Source of the DNA: Spirochaetia bacterium
GTDB lineage: Bacteria > Spirochaetota > Spirochaetia > CADAEX01
NCBI GenBank assembly: GCA_963668545.1
Contig: OY764868.1
Coordinates: 848,550-912,549 of the forward strand
Length of the DNA: 64,000 bases
Reading direction: 5' to 3'
Notes under the pieces: model-generated
What the model saw: the letters and a program-made list of their open reading frames with translations, nothing else
The model's database searches: none
Told to the model about the DNA's origin: nothing
Part shown: piece after piece, positions 54,535 through 64,000 of the stretch
Layout: each line of letters opens with the position of its first letter
Position numbering within the stretch: the first letter of the stretch is position 1
Made by a program: the position numbers and the translations under genes

Positions 54535-56352
54535 ATGAGTAACACTATTTTTGACGACCTTTCTTCAAGTATAACAGAAAAAGAAAGGAAAGATCTTTTA
54601 AAGAAAATAAACCTCAGTATGAATATTAATCCCGGTATTGATGAAAGCATTTATAATGTTGAGATCAACAAGGATGAAAGAAACAGGATGTTACTTGATG
54701 ATCTGAAAAGGCTTTCTTTTCTTGAAAAACTGGTCATAAGGATAAAACAGCTTTTTACCGGCAAGTCTGAAGAAGCTGTTTATACATCGATAAGATTCAG
54801 GCATCTTAAAAAAAGCATAAACAGAAAAATGCCGGGAATTACTGGATTTGAAACAAGAAATATTTCCAGGAAAATGGCTGATATTGTTTATAATCTTTAT
54901 CTGAAATCAGCCCCCCTTATAGAGGTTTTCCGCGATTTCTGGAGTCAGGGGGAAACATTCCACCTTGTTCTGACAGAACTTATCAATGAAAGAATGGAGG
55001 GGGCTGTAAGGGATATTGATGATCTGGTAACTGATGAGGAGATAGAAAAGATACTCTATGACAAGGAGACAAAAAGCGCCATAAGGGAAGAGGTCCTGAG
55101 AATGCTCAACAGGCATGTGAAAAAAATACCTAAAAGAGTATTTGATGATATAGAAGAAGAAATAATGCCTCTGTATTATTTCCGTTCGGTAATTCTTTTT
55201 CCCTATTCAGCTTTTCTTAAGCTTTTCGGTTTTGATCCCACTCTCGGCGGAGGTTCATTTACATTTAAAAGTGCATCTGCAATGCTCTGTCTCGAGTACC
55301 TTGAAAAACTCTATTATGCAGTTTATATGGTCCAGAAAACACCTGTCCCGATAAAAATCAACGATCTTATCGGAAAGTATTTTGCAGTTGACAATTCTGA
55401 CTATGAATCAGGTGATGAAGAGGCAGCCCCTGATGAAAATGAAAACAGCAGTGCTGAAAAGGAAAACACCCCTCTTCAGAACGGTGAGCTCCAGCTCTTC
55501 TATTCAAGGCTTAATGATATATATTCCGAGTGCAGAAAGGTGAGCAGGAAAGTTCCCCTGATAGAGCTTATAAAGTATTTCAGAAATGATATCTATTATA
55601 AACTGGCTTTTTATATTCCGGGTCTCAGGCTAAGGGATTTTTATACTGCAAACCTCAAGATTCATCTTCTTGAGCAGGTGGATGAAAAATATACTAAGGC
55701 CAGAAATGTCCTGATTGAGAAAAACATAAACAGGTTTTTCAATAACCTTCAGATGAAAAAATTTCTCCATTACAGGTATTACACAAGTTTTGATTACAGT
55801 AAAATCGGTGTAACTTATTTTCACCATGTGAAGACACTTGAGATCCTTTATAACTACCTAGAACATTACTACAATAATAAATACAGAACAGTCATTGATA
55901 TAGTAACAAGAATAATATTTTCGCAGGATAAAATCACAATCAACAGTGTGATGGTACATCTTTCAGCACTTGATGATGCCTTTATCAAGATTCAGGATTT
56001 TGATAATTCTCTGGGGACTGATGAAGAGGACGGTAAGCTTTTTCTGCGGCTCAGATACGGACTGGGCAATGATAATGCTTACCTTAAAATGTATAAATCC
56101 TTTATAGCCCAGAAAAACAAGACAACAAAGGATATTATTATTAAATCACAGGATGCTTTTGAAGCAATTCTGAAGATTTTTGAGCAGCTTAAGGTTTCAC
56201 CTTCCTATGAAATCAAAAACAACCTTAAAAACAGCTACATGATAGGGGGGAGGACTGCAACATTTCAGGAGCACATTGACAGTTTTGTTGATAATATAAA
56301 ATATTTCAGAACTCTGCTGACTCAGCTTATGAAATTTGAGGAAGGGCGCTGA
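54535..56352 (+). CDS. Conserved spirochaete hypothetical protein (DUF5312-like)
   Basis: Long alpha-helical ORF coupled to thiN; family assignment from recall only. Confidence 0.6.
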   Translation: MSNTIFDDLSSSITEKERKDLLKKINLSMNINPGIDESIYNVEINKDERNRMLLDDLKRLSFLEKLVIRIKQLFTGKSEEAVYTSIRFRHLKKSINRKMPGITGFETRNISRKMADIVYNLYLKSAPLIEVFRDFWSQGETFHLVLTELINERMEGAVRDIDDLVTDEEIEKILYDKETKSAIREEVLRMLNRHVKKIPKRVFDDIEEEIMPLYYFRSVILFPYSAFLKLFGFDPTLGGGSFTFKSASAMLCLEYLEKLYYAVYMVQKTPVPIKINDLIGKYFAVDNSDYESGDEEAAPDENENSSAEKENTPLQNGELQLFYSRLNDIYSECRKVSRKVPLIELIKYFRNDIYYKLAFYIPGLRLRDFYTANLKIHLLEQVDEKYTKARNVLIEKNINRFFNNLQMKKFLHYRYYTSFDYSKIGVTYFHHVKTLEILYNYLEHYYNNKYRTVIDIVTRIIFSQDKITINSVMVHLSALDDAFIKIQDFDNSLGTDEEDGKLFLRLRYGLGNDNAYLKMYKSFIAQKNKTTKDIIIKSQDAFEAILKIFEQLKVSPSYEIKNNLKNSYMIGGRTATFQEHIDSFVDNIKYFRTLLTQLMKFEEGR

Positions 56353-56818
56353 AACATTTCTTAAGCATATCCCTGGTTTCGACAGGACTTTCGACCATAA
56401 CACGGCTGCCTGCAATAAGATCTGTAATTCCCAGTTCAGTTGGAAACCTGGGTATTATATGAAGATGTATGTGCTCTATTGATGCTCCCGCGTCCCGTCC
56501 CATATTATAGCCGATATTATATCCTGTAGGTGAGTAGCAGCTGTCAAGTACATCGAGAGATCTGTTTGTAAGTATATGAAGTCTTTCAGCTTCCTTATCT
56601 GTAAATTCTCTTGTATCATAGATATGCCTGAGAGGAAAAATTATAAGGTGTCCCGGGTTATACGGGTAAAGATTTACAGAAATATTAAAAAGGGTGTCTT
56701 CGTAAACAGTGAGGTTGACAATCTCCTTTGATCTGTTTTTTATATGACAGAGTATGCATCCGTCCGGCTTTTTTTCCTGAAGATAAGCTATTTTATCAAA
56801 GTTGAAGAAATATGACAT
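56327..56818 (-). CDS. HIT-family hydrolase (Ap4A/FHIT-like)
   Basis: CILC, NLYPYNPGHL, GYN.G..AGASIEHIHLHIIPR. Confidence 0.93.
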   Translation of the reverse strand: MSYFFNFDKIAYLQEKKPDGCILCHIKNRSKEIVNLTVYEDTLFNISVNLYPYNPGHLIIFPLRHIYDTREFTDKEAERLHILTNRSLDVLDSCYSPTGYNIGYNMGRDAGASIEHIHLHIIPRFPTELGITDLIAGSRVMVESPVETRDMLKKCFSALPQIS

Positions 56819-56820
56819 AT

Positions 56821-57639
56821 CTACTCCTTCAGTCTTTCGGTATTGAACTTGAGTATATCCATTTCAGGGTTTGCCCTGATATATTCAAGCAGGATAGGAT
56901 ATTTTGTAAGAAGTTCTCCGTATTTTTCAAGCAGTTCCAGCTGTCTCTCAAGTTCAGCATTTTCCCTTGCTGATCTGGTTTCAGACTGGAGAACCATGTT
57001 TTCCCTGTTTTTCAGGACATTCAGGTACTGTCTTTTTGCTTCATTGTAAAGATCCATATCAGGGATATTGAAGCTGTTGAGTGTTATTGAGGAAACTGTG
57101 ATATTCTCTATCTTGCTCAAAAGATAATCACCAAGCTTTTTTTCAAGTTCCGAAGAGTCTGTGATGGAGGCTGAGGAGCTTTTCATTGAATTTATGAAAT
57201 TCTTTCCTGTGCTTTCTATAAATCTGTCTTTTTCCTCATACCATGAAGCCAGTGTCTCCGGTGTTATTCCCCCTTTCTCAAGAAGCTGCGGGAGCAGTGA
57301 ACTGTCTATTGTGTATTTTATTGAAAAAGATATGCTGTATGCAAAATCAGGATTGCCGGAAATAATTGAGGAATATACATCCCCTGATGGGAGATTTCCC
57401 TCTGAAACTACATCTGCTGTGTGTGCTGTGCTGTCAAAGGTGTGGAGTGTAAAGGATTTTGGAATCAGTTTCTGCCATCTCCAGTGGAATGATCCGGATT
57501 TTATAACTTTATCCTCATATCCTGTTATGTTTGAGTAGACAACTGCCTGTGTATTCTCCGGGAGCCTTATCCATCCGAAATACAGGGCTGTTCCGGATGC
57601 AGTTAAAATAAGTATAAGCAGAAAGATAAACTTCTTCAT
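56821..57639 (-). CDS. Membrane-anchored protein, SPFH/band-7-like
   Basis: N-terminal anchor; GSFHWRWQKLIP; coiled tail ending YGELLTKYPILLEY. Confidence 0.55.
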   Translation of the reverse strand: MKKFIFLLILILTASGTALYFGWIRLPENTQAVVYSNITGYEDKVIKSGSFHWRWQKLIPKSFTLHTFDSTAHTADVVSEGNLPSGDVYSSIISGNPDFAYSISFSIKYTIDSSLLPQLLEKGGITPETLASWYEEKDRFIESTGKNFINSMKSSSASITDSSELEKKLGDYLLSKIENITVSSITLNSFNIPDMDLYNEAKRQYLNVLKNRENMVLQSETRSARENAELERQLELLEKYGELLTKYPILLEYIRANPEMDILKFNTERLKE

Positions 57640-57648
57640 TTAACACCT

Positions 57649-58548
57649 CTAATCTATTATATCACGAATCTGGCCAAGCTTTGTAATAACCATGTCAGGA
57701 AAAATTCCTCTGCATTCTGGGTTTTCTTTTCTCAATCTGAGGGACCTCATATCCCCTGCAAAAAGCAGTGTTTTCATTCCCGTATGACTTGCGGCAGTTA
57801 TATCATTTAACATATCGTTGCCAGTGTAAAGGACCTCTTCAGGTTTTATTTGATATTTTTTCCACAGTATATCCACGGCTTTCCGGAAAAGAAAACTGTC
57901 AGGTTTGCCCCGTCTGTAAAGGTATGAATAGATTGAAAGATCCCGGTCAAATCCGAGTTTTTCACAGCTTTTCCCGAACCAGGCTTCGAACAGAAGAGGA
58001 GTGTAAAACTGGGCATTGGAAATCATTCCTGTTATTATCCCTTTTTTTTTCAGATAAAGGATAAGCTTTTCTGTGCCGGGCATGGGGCATGTCCTGTTTG
58101 AAACAGCCTCATAGGCAGCAGCAGCTGTTTTAATGATTTCCTCTCCGAAGGATATCCCTGTCAGTTTTTTCAGGATCTTATCCCAGATTTCCGTAATCAC
58201 AACCTCCGGATATTCTATTCCCCTGTTTTTCAGCCTCATATGCTCATTTTTTATTTCAGCGATATATGCAGAAGGCAGGTGCTTAAGTATATTTTCACCG
58301 ATAGCTTCTGTGTCAATCCCCGCTTCACTCAATGCCATTGAAAAGATGTCTGATGAGGCTGAACTGCTCTTTGCATGTGAAATATCCCCTGCTTCGGATA
58401 TAAAGAGAGTCCCGTAAATATCAAACAGTACAGCCCTTGTGTTTCCTGTTCTGAAGAAATCAGGTTCAAGTCCGGTTTCAACAGGATCCATTTGTCCAGC
58501 GTGTTTTTTAATAATATCTGTAAGATGCCTGTTGTCTGGAAAGGCCAT
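57649..58548 (-). CDS. HAD-superfamily hydrolase
   Basis: LFDIYGTL, ISNAQ, KPD, YTGNDMLNDI. Confidence 0.88.
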   Translation of the reverse strand: MAFPDNRHLTDIIKKHAGQMDPVETGLEPDFFRTGNTRAVLFDIYGTLFISEAGDISHAKSSSASSDIFSMALSEAGIDTEAIGENILKHLPSAYIAEIKNEHMRLKNRGIEYPEVVITEIWDKILKKLTGISFGEEIIKTAAAAYEAVSNRTCPMPGTEKLILYLKKKGIITGMISNAQFYTPLLFEAWFGKSCEKLGFDRDLSIYSYLYRRGKPDSFLFRKAVDILWKKYQIKPEEVLYTGNDMLNDITAASHTGMKTLLFAGDMRSLRLRKENPECRGIFPDMVITKLGQIRDIID

Positions 58549-58700
58549 GACTCGATTTTACGACATATCATGGAAATCAGGCAAATCTTTTTTATCTTCA
58601 GGCTGCAGATTTAACTGCAGTATAGTAAAGAAATAATATCAATATTAAAAAGATTTTTCTGTATTGTAGGAGGGGAGATCGTAATGTAAGATAAAAGCAT

Positions 58701-59030
58701 ATGAGAGATTATACAACACTGTATTTCTTCAGAATTCTGGAGAAAACAACAGTATTTTTATACCTTTTTCTTCTGATGCTGTTCAGCCTTTATCTTTCTG
58801 GAAATTTTCAGTTTTTTCTTGATGAAACCCAGTATATGCTGCTTGTTTTATTGGAAGCTGTTTCCTTTGTGCTTGTTTTCATGAGTATCATGTATGGAGT
58901 TATTCTGATTGTATCCGGTGCAGGTCGGAAAATAAAATATATAAGAAAGTTTATCTTTTTTCTCCTCTCTTCAGTTTCCGGGACAGCAGTTTTTTTCTTT
59001 TCAAAGATTATAATTGTCTGGTCAGGTTGA
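58701..59030 (+). CDS. Small membrane protein (about 3 TM)
   Basis: Hydrophobic ORF with GNFQ.FLD.TQ motif, upstream of map. Confidence 0.65.
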   Translation: MRDYTTLYFFRILEKTTVFLYLFLLMLFSLYLSGNFQFFLDETQYMLLVLLEAVSFVLVFMSIMYGVILIVSGAGRKIKYIRKFIFFLLSSVSGTAVFFFSKIIIVWSG

Positions 59031-59075
59031 TTATCCCGTATGATGCTCCGATAAGTAATACAGACGGAGTATTAT

Positions 59076-59873
59076 TTGATAAAAAACATTCCCCTCAAAA
59101 CAAGTATTGATGTACTCAGGATAAAAAAGCCTTCAATGATTGCATCCGGCCTTTTGCGGGAGCTTTCAGCCTTTATTAAACCAGGTATTGCAACTGAGGA
59201 TATAGACAGATTTGCTGCTGAATATATCAGGAAAAACAAAGCTGAATCTGCTCTTTTCGGTTATAAGGGCTTTCCGGGAAATGTGTGTATATCTGTCAAC
59301 AATGTTGCTGCCCATGGAATAGGGGGAAGTTATGTCCTGAGTGAAGGGGATATCCTCACTGTTGATTCAACAGTAGGGTATGAAGGCTGGTATGGTGATG
59401 CTGCCTGGACATATGTTGCAGGGAAAACATCCCCTGAAGCAAGAAGGCTGATAAAAGGTGCCTGGAGAAGCATGCTTGCCGGGATAGAAGCAGCTAAAGC
59501 CGGCAACAGGTTCGGCGACATAGGTTATGCTGTATCATCAACAGCAGCAAAGTACGGATGCAGGGTTTTTGAGGATTTTGCAGGCCATGGAATCGGGAAG
59601 GAGATACATGAGGAACCGGTTGTCCTTAATTTCGGAAAGAAGGGAAGCGGCCGGCCGGTTGTCCCTGGTATGGTATTTACAATTGAACCTATCCTTACTC
59701 TAGGAAAGGCTGAAGTTGTTTATATGGATGATAAATGGTCTATTGTCACAAAGGACAGCAGCATCACAGCCCAGTTCGAATGCACAATAGCTGTATTTGG
59801 AAGCCGTACTGAGATTTTGACAAATAATAAAATAAATTTTGGAAACCATATTGACTTTCCTCCGATGTTTTAA
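59076..59873 (+). CDS. map: Type I methionine aminopeptidase
   Basis: GYKGFP..CISVN...AHGI, D..(GW)YGD, GHGIG..IHEEP, FTIEP, AQFE. Confidence 0.95.
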   Translation: MIKNIPLKTSIDVLRIKKPSMIASGLLRELSAFIKPGIATEDIDRFAAEYIRKNKAESALFGYKGFPGNVCISVNNVAAHGIGGSYVLSEGDILTVDSTVGYEGWYGDAAWTYVAGKTSPEARRLIKGAWRSMLAGIEAAKAGNRFGDIGYAVSSTAAKYGCRVFEDFAGHGIGKEIHEEPVVLNFGKKGSGRPVVPGMVFTIEPILTLGKAEVVYMDDKWSIVTKDSSITAQFECTIAVFGSRTEILTNNKINFGNHIDFPPMF

Positions 59874-59879
59874 TAATAT
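59851..59879 (+). promoter_or_regulatory. Sigma70 promoter for tRNA-Thr
   Basis: TTGACT-17 nt-TAATAT. Confidence 0.55.
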
Positions 59880-59958
59880 CGCATCATCAACTGAACGTAT
59901 AAAACATTCTGTTTTAACTTTTCAGGCAGCAGCATACTCGGCGAAGTAGGTTGTGCAT

Positions 59959-60032
59959 GCCACCTTAGCTCAGCTGGCCAGAGCACGTGACTTGTAATCT
60001 CGGGGTCGTCAGTTCGAATCTGACAGGTGGCT
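59959..60032 (+). tRNA. tRNA-Thr (TGT), CCA not encoded
   Basis: GCCACCT/AGGTGGC acceptor stem; loop CTTGTAA; GTTCGAATC. Confidence 0.93.
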
Positions 60033-60052
60033 AAAAGGTTTTGTAAAAGTGG

Positions 60053-60081
60053 TTGACTTTTTGTCGCTGCTTTGATAAAAC
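60053..60081 (+). promoter_or_regulatory. Sigma70 promoter for tRNA-Tyr
   Basis: TTGACT-17 nt-TAAAAC. Confidence 0.55.
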
Positions 60082-60092
60082 CTTCTTGATAC

Positions 60093-60174
60093 GGGGAGGT
60101 TCCCGAGCGGTCAAAGGGGGCAGACTGTAAATCTGTTGGCTACGCCTTCGAAGGTTCGAATCCTTCTCTCCCCA
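60093..60174 (+). tRNA. tRNA-Tyr (GTA), CCA not encoded
   Basis: GGGGAGG/TCTCCCC acceptor stem; GCAGA-CTGTAAA-TCTGT; long variable arm; GGTTCGAATCC. Confidence 0.96.
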
Positions 60175-60178
60175 TTAT

Positions 60179-60209
60179 ACCTGCAGGTTCTGCCTGCAGG
60201 TTTTTTTTT
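60179..60209 (+). terminator. tRNA terminator
   Basis: ACCTGCAGG-TTCTG-CCTGCAGGT followed by a T run. Confidence 0.85.
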
Positions 60210-60322
60210 GCTTTTTTATTCCGGATATAAACGTTTAAACACGTAATAATATTGATAATAATTATTCTGATATCAGAAAACAGTCCTGATCCGGGTCAGC
60301 CTGAACAAAGCTGGAGGTATTT

Positions 60323-60766
60323 ATGGAAGAACCTTTTTACAAAGATGGTCTTAATTTTGAGTGCCAGAGATGCTCTGCATGCTGCAGGCATGAACCGGGG
60401 TATGTTTTTCTTTCAAAAACTGACCTGCGTGACCTTTCTGTCAACCTTGGAATTTCCGAAAAAGAGTTCTGTGACAAATACTGCAGAAAGGTTGAAATAG
60501 GGGGCTTTTCAAGGGTGAGCCTGAGGGAGAAGCCAAACTATGACTGTATTTTCTGGGAAAACGGAGGATGTCTTGTCTACAGTTTCAGACCGCTTCAGTG
60601 CAGGACTTATCCGTTCTGGAGGCCCTATCTTGAATCTGAGGATGACTGGAATGCGCTTGCCGCTTCCTGTCCCGGCGTCAACAAGGGAAAGATCCATCCA
60701 TGTAGGGAAATAGAGGAAAAGCTTGAGCAGCGCCTTAAAGAACCTCTTATTGAAGATTTTGATTGA
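60323..60766 (+). CDS. YkgJ-family cysteine-cluster (CxxCxxCC) protein
   Basis: FECQRCSACC, CIF, C.VY..RP.QCRTYPFW, CPG; GGAGG RBS. Confidence 0.9.
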   Translation: MEEPFYKDGLNFECQRCSACCRHEPGYVFLSKTDLRDLSVNLGISEKEFCDKYCRKVEIGGFSRVSLREKPNYDCIFWENGGCLVYSFRPLQCRTYPFWRPYLESEDDWNALAASCPGVNKGKIHPCREIEEKLEQRLKEPLIEDFD

Positions 60767-60930
60767 CAAAGGAGAGGTTTCTTATAAACTTTTAAATAAG
60801 GAATTTTCTGAAGCAATAACCTGAAGTTGTTGCCTTTTTTGAAATTTAAAAGCTTCAGTTCTTACAATGGTATGTATTTTTCATACTGAATTAAGCTGTT
60901 GCAGTATTTATAAAATGCAGGTCAATAATA

Positions 60931-61875
60931 ATGAAAGTGAAATTCTGGGGAGTAAGGGGATCTGTCCCGGTTCCCCTTACCAACAGTCAGCTGCACAGAA
61001 GAATTTCTGCAGTTGTTCAGAGAATCAAGCCGGAGGATCTTGAAACTCCGGAAACAAGAGAAAAATTTATGGCATCTCTGCCTGACTATATTTTTTCATA
61101 TGTGGGGGGCAATACAACCTGCCTGGAGATAAGGCTGGATGATGACAATATAATTATTTTCGATGCTGGAACCGGTATCCGGGAACTGGGAAACAGTCTT
61201 GCCAGAAATAAGGATCATATAAGGCACTATCATATATTCTTCACCCATTTTCACTGGGATCACCTCCAGGGGCTCCCGTTTTTTTCACCTCAGGTTTATG
61301 ACAAAAAATGCAGGATTACTTTCTACAGCCCGTCGGGAAAGCTCAGAGAATATCTTTATAAACAGATGGAACCCCCGTTTTTCCCGATTACAATGGATCT
61401 TTTTGATGCTGATATCGATTTTGTAAAGGTTCCTGTAGAGGGAATCAGGATCGGCAGCGGAAGGGTTGTTCCCAGGGCTGTCAGGCATCCCGGGGGATGT
61501 TTCTCGTACAAGGTTGTTGAGGACAACAAGAGTATGATTTTTTCGACAGATACGGAACTCAGGGAAAGTGATTTTGAAAAAAGCAGTTCAAATATCGAAT
61601 TCTACAAAAATACAGATCTTATTGTGCTTGATACCCAGTATACACTGGATGAAGCGATTGAAAAATATGACTGGGGCCATTCATCATTCAGCCTGGGGGT
61701 TGAATTTGCTGCCGAGTGGAAAATCGGAAAGCTGGTCATGTTTCATCATGAACCTTTATATGAAGACAGGAAAATCCATGATATTCTCAACAAGGCTAAA
61801 TGGTATGCAGGTCATCTCTACAGCAACAGACCGGAAGTAATGATCGCAAAAGAAGGTCTGGAAATCGAGGTGTAA
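60931..61875 (+). CDS. Metallo-beta-lactamase-fold hydrolase (RNase Z/phosphodiesterase-like)
   Basis: FWGVRGS, GGNTTC, DAGTG, THFHWDH, HPG, TDTE, WGHS, FHHEP. Confidence 0.9.
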   Translation: MKVKFWGVRGSVPVPLTNSQLHRRISAVVQRIKPEDLETPETREKFMASLPDYIFSYVGGNTTCLEIRLDDDNIIIFDAGTGIRELGNSLARNKDHIRHYHIFFTHFHWDHLQGLPFFSPQVYDKKCRITFYSPSGKLREYLYKQMEPPFFPITMDLFDADIDFVKVPVEGIRIGSGRVVPRAVRHPGGCFSYKVVEDNKSMIFSTDTELRESDFEKSSSNIEFYKNTDLIVLDTQYTLDEAIEKYDWGHSSFSLGVEFAAEWKIGKLVMFHHEPLYEDRKIHDILNKAKWYAGHLYSNRPEVMIAKEGLEIEV

Positions 61876-61877
61876 CT

Positions 61878-62042
61878 GTGGATCTTTCAGAAGATGAAAA
61901 AAAATCTCTATACAGGCTTCTCAGAAAAAATGATAAATATCTGGATAAAACTTTATACAGTCTCAAATACAGGCTTGAAAAGGAACTTTTCAGCAGGCTT
62001 ACAATTGAGGAGATACAGGATATCCAGGCTGATAAGAGCTGA
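61878..62042 (+). CDS. Small hypothetical protein (54 aa)
   Basis: GTG start after GAGGTG, 2 nt past the MBL stop; helical LEKELF..LTIEEI. Confidence 0.6.
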   Translation: MDLSEDEKKSLYRLLRKNDKYLDKTLYSLKYRLEKELFSRLTIEEIQDIQADKS

Positions 62043-62155
62043 CAAAATCATCTGCAGGGAATAATGGAATTCAATAAAGTAACATCTGTTTATGCCAGAT
62101 GTTTAACAATATATCAGGGATAATTTATTATCCCTCAATAAACAAGGAAGAAATC

Positions 62156-64000
62156 ATGAAAACCAGAAAAATTATATTCCTGACAGTTTTTATTTTAATT
62201 ACAATTCCCCTTTTCAGCGAATACGATCCCCCTTCCCAGGGTGAAATGCTTTATGATTTTTACTCGCCTGAAATGATTTCTTCAGGGAGTCCTCTGGTTT
62301 CTTCGGAAGCTCCTCTTTCATGTTTCGTCAATCCCGCTTCAGGCGGGTTTCTCCAGCGCACAACAGCTGCCCTAAACTATACAGCACTGCACGGAAGCGG
62401 TTCAGATGAAGGCTGGGGCAATGCTGTTAATGCAGGTCTCTCAATCCCAACTGATATCGGGGTCTATACAGCTTCCGTTTTTTTTCTTAACAGTGATTTT
62501 GATTCACCGGATTACGGGACTCTCTCCCGTCTTGGTTTTGCTTTTTCAAAAGACCTGTTCAGCAATCTTTCAGCAGGTGCTTCTGTTACCCTTACAGCAG
62601 GGAAGAATGACAGTTCCGGCTGGGGCCTCGGAATGGATATTGGAATACTTCACTATCCCGATGCTTTTCTGAGCAGCCGTAATTTCAGATGGGGTGCTGT
62701 GTTTAAAAATATAGGCAAGGGATATTCTGTATCGGATTCAGCAGAAGGCTCTCTCCCTTCACTTTTTACACCGGGAATCGGGGCTGGTATAACCCTTTTT
62801 GAGACAGAGGGTTTTTCTTTTGACTTTTCAGGAGATCTTCTTTTCCCCTCTTTTCAGGATATACGGACAGAGATAGGAGCTGTTTTCAATATAAATAATC
62901 TCCTTGATATCAATCTTTCTGCAAGGTTTGATATGGATGAGATGTCGGATGATTTGAATCCTGCCCCATCGGCAGGGATCTCATTCGGTTTTAATGCAGA
63001 TCTGAGGAAAATTGCCCCTGCTTCAATTGACAGGGAAGACCTTGAAAAGACCGAGGTACATACTACATTCGGATTTGCCAGGATAAATGATAATGTAAAC
63101 AGCTACAGTGCCGGATTCAGGATCCCCTTCGGGATAAGGGATGAAGCAGGGCCTGATATAAAAATCGGGTACGACAGTGTCAGATATATATCTCCTGACA
63201 ATGACGGAAGGAGTGATAATCTTGTTTTCCCTGTTGATATAACTGACGAGCGTTATATCAGGGGATATGAATTTATTATTACTGATTCTGAAGGCAATGT
63301 TGTAAGGCAGTATGAAAACAAGGATGAAAGGCCTGAAAACATTTCTTTTGAGAATATATTTGACAGGTTAATGTATGTTAAAACCGGCATAGGGATACCT
63401 GAAAAATTCAGGTGGGACGGGAACAGCAACGACCGCTCCGAGGTCCCTGACGGGGAATATCTGTTTTATGTAAGGGCCTGGGATGATAACGGCAATATAT
63501 CGGAAAGTGAAAAACACAGAGTAGTTGTTGATACCGTATCCCCTGCTTTGACAGTTTCATCTCCGCCTGTCCTGGACCGGATATTTTCTCCCAACAATGA
63601 CGGGAGCCGGGATTTTCTTACCATAAGGCAGACAGGAAGCAGTGAGGATCTCTGGACAGCCCGGATTAAAGACAACAACGGGAAAACACTGAAGAAATTC
63701 CAGTGGGAAAACAGTTCCCCGACAGATATTTTCTGGAACGGGGCAGGGGATGATGGTATGCTTCTCCCTGACGGTGTTTACAGTTATCATATTTCATCAA
63801 CCGACAGGGCTGAAAACAGCAGCAGCGACAGTGTGGCTAATATAATAATAAGCACAATGAACACACCTGCATCCCTTTCAATCAGCAGGGCAGCTTTTTC
63901 TCCTGATAATGACGGTTTAGCTGATTTTCTTGATTTCAGTTTCAATGTACCTGTGAAAAAAGGTATTTCAGGATGGGTTCTTGATATCCTTGACAATTCA
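62156..64000 (+). CDS. Large exported protein: N-terminal PorV/FadL-like putative beta-barrel plus repeated FlgD-Ig/CHU_C-like domains; runs off the window
   Basis: Absent from the ORF track because no stop is reached; translated by hand from ATG 62156. Signal peptide, NPA motif, amphipathic strands (GLGMDIGI, RWGAVFKNIG), repeats ISPDNDGRSD / FSPNNDGSRD / FSPDNDGLAD with WDG..PDGEY and WNG..PDGVY. Confidence 0.8.
   Translation, partial: MKTRKIIFLTVFILITIPLFSEYDPPSQGEMLYDFYSPEMISSGSPLVSSEAPLSCFVNPASGGFLQRTTAALNYTALHGSGSDEGWGNAVNAGLSIPTDIGVYTASVFFLNSDFDSPDYGTLSRLGFAFSKDLFSNLSAGASVTLTAGKNDSSGWGLGMDIGILHYPDAFLSSRNFRWGAVFKNIGKGYSVSDSAEGSLPSLFTPGIGAGITLFETEGFSFDFSGDLLFPSFQDIRTEIGAVFNINNLLDINLSARFDMDEMSDDLNPAPSAGISFGFNADLRKIAPASIDREDLEKTEVHTTFGFARINDNVNSYSAGFRIPFGIRDEAGPDIKIGYDSVRYISPDNDGRSDNLVFPVDITDERYIRGYEFIITDSEGNVVRQYENKDERPENISFENIFDRLMYVKTGIGIPEKFRWDGNSNDRSEVPDGEYLFYVRAWDDNGNISESEKHRVVVDTVSPALTVSSPPVLDRIFSPNNDGSRDFLTIRQTGSSEDLWTARIKDNNGKTLKKFQWENSSPTDIFWNGAGDDGMLLPDGVYSYHISSTDRAENSSSDSVANIIISTMNTPASLSISRAAFSPDNDGLADFLDFSFNVPVKKGISGWVLDILDNS

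Noticed and set aside
62116-62135. Fur box upstream of the large exported protein (AGGGATAAT-TT-ATTATCCCT)
   Set aside because: The 2-nt spacer fits neither the 7-1-7 nor the 19-bp Fur consensus; it may be an ordinary hairpin.

Overview
Chromosomal segment of a Spirochaetota bacterium (Spirochaetaceae-like), judged from the spirochaete FlaB flagellin, BpuR-like PUR protein, short SMC and the ffh-rpsP-khpA-rimM-trmD-rplS and coaD-rpmF-acpP-rnc/cca gene order. The left ~34 kb is accessory metabolism and regulation: a chemoreceptor, an ankyrin lipoprotein/B3-4/radical-SAM unit, a GntR-linked larA-SAF-uxaA-gntP cluster behind a perfect 40-bp palindrome, a citrate lyase cluster without citG/citX plus its two-component system and a coupled flavocytochrome-c-type reductase, class II RNR with tandem NrdR boxes, an in-frame Pfs(MtnN)-LuxS fusion with an internal ribosome-binding site, satP, ogt, a vWA-HK-RR module and a GGDEF protein. 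The right ~30 kb is mostly core genes plus three tRNAs (Gly, Thr, Tyr). I saw no CRISPR array, transposase, integrase or prophage. The best leads are the Pfs-LuxS fusion (an indel artefact must be excluded), the LarA-family/UxaA pathway, the vWA-HK-RR module and an unannotated 49-aa FlgM-like ORF. All family calls are by motif recognition; no database searches were run.
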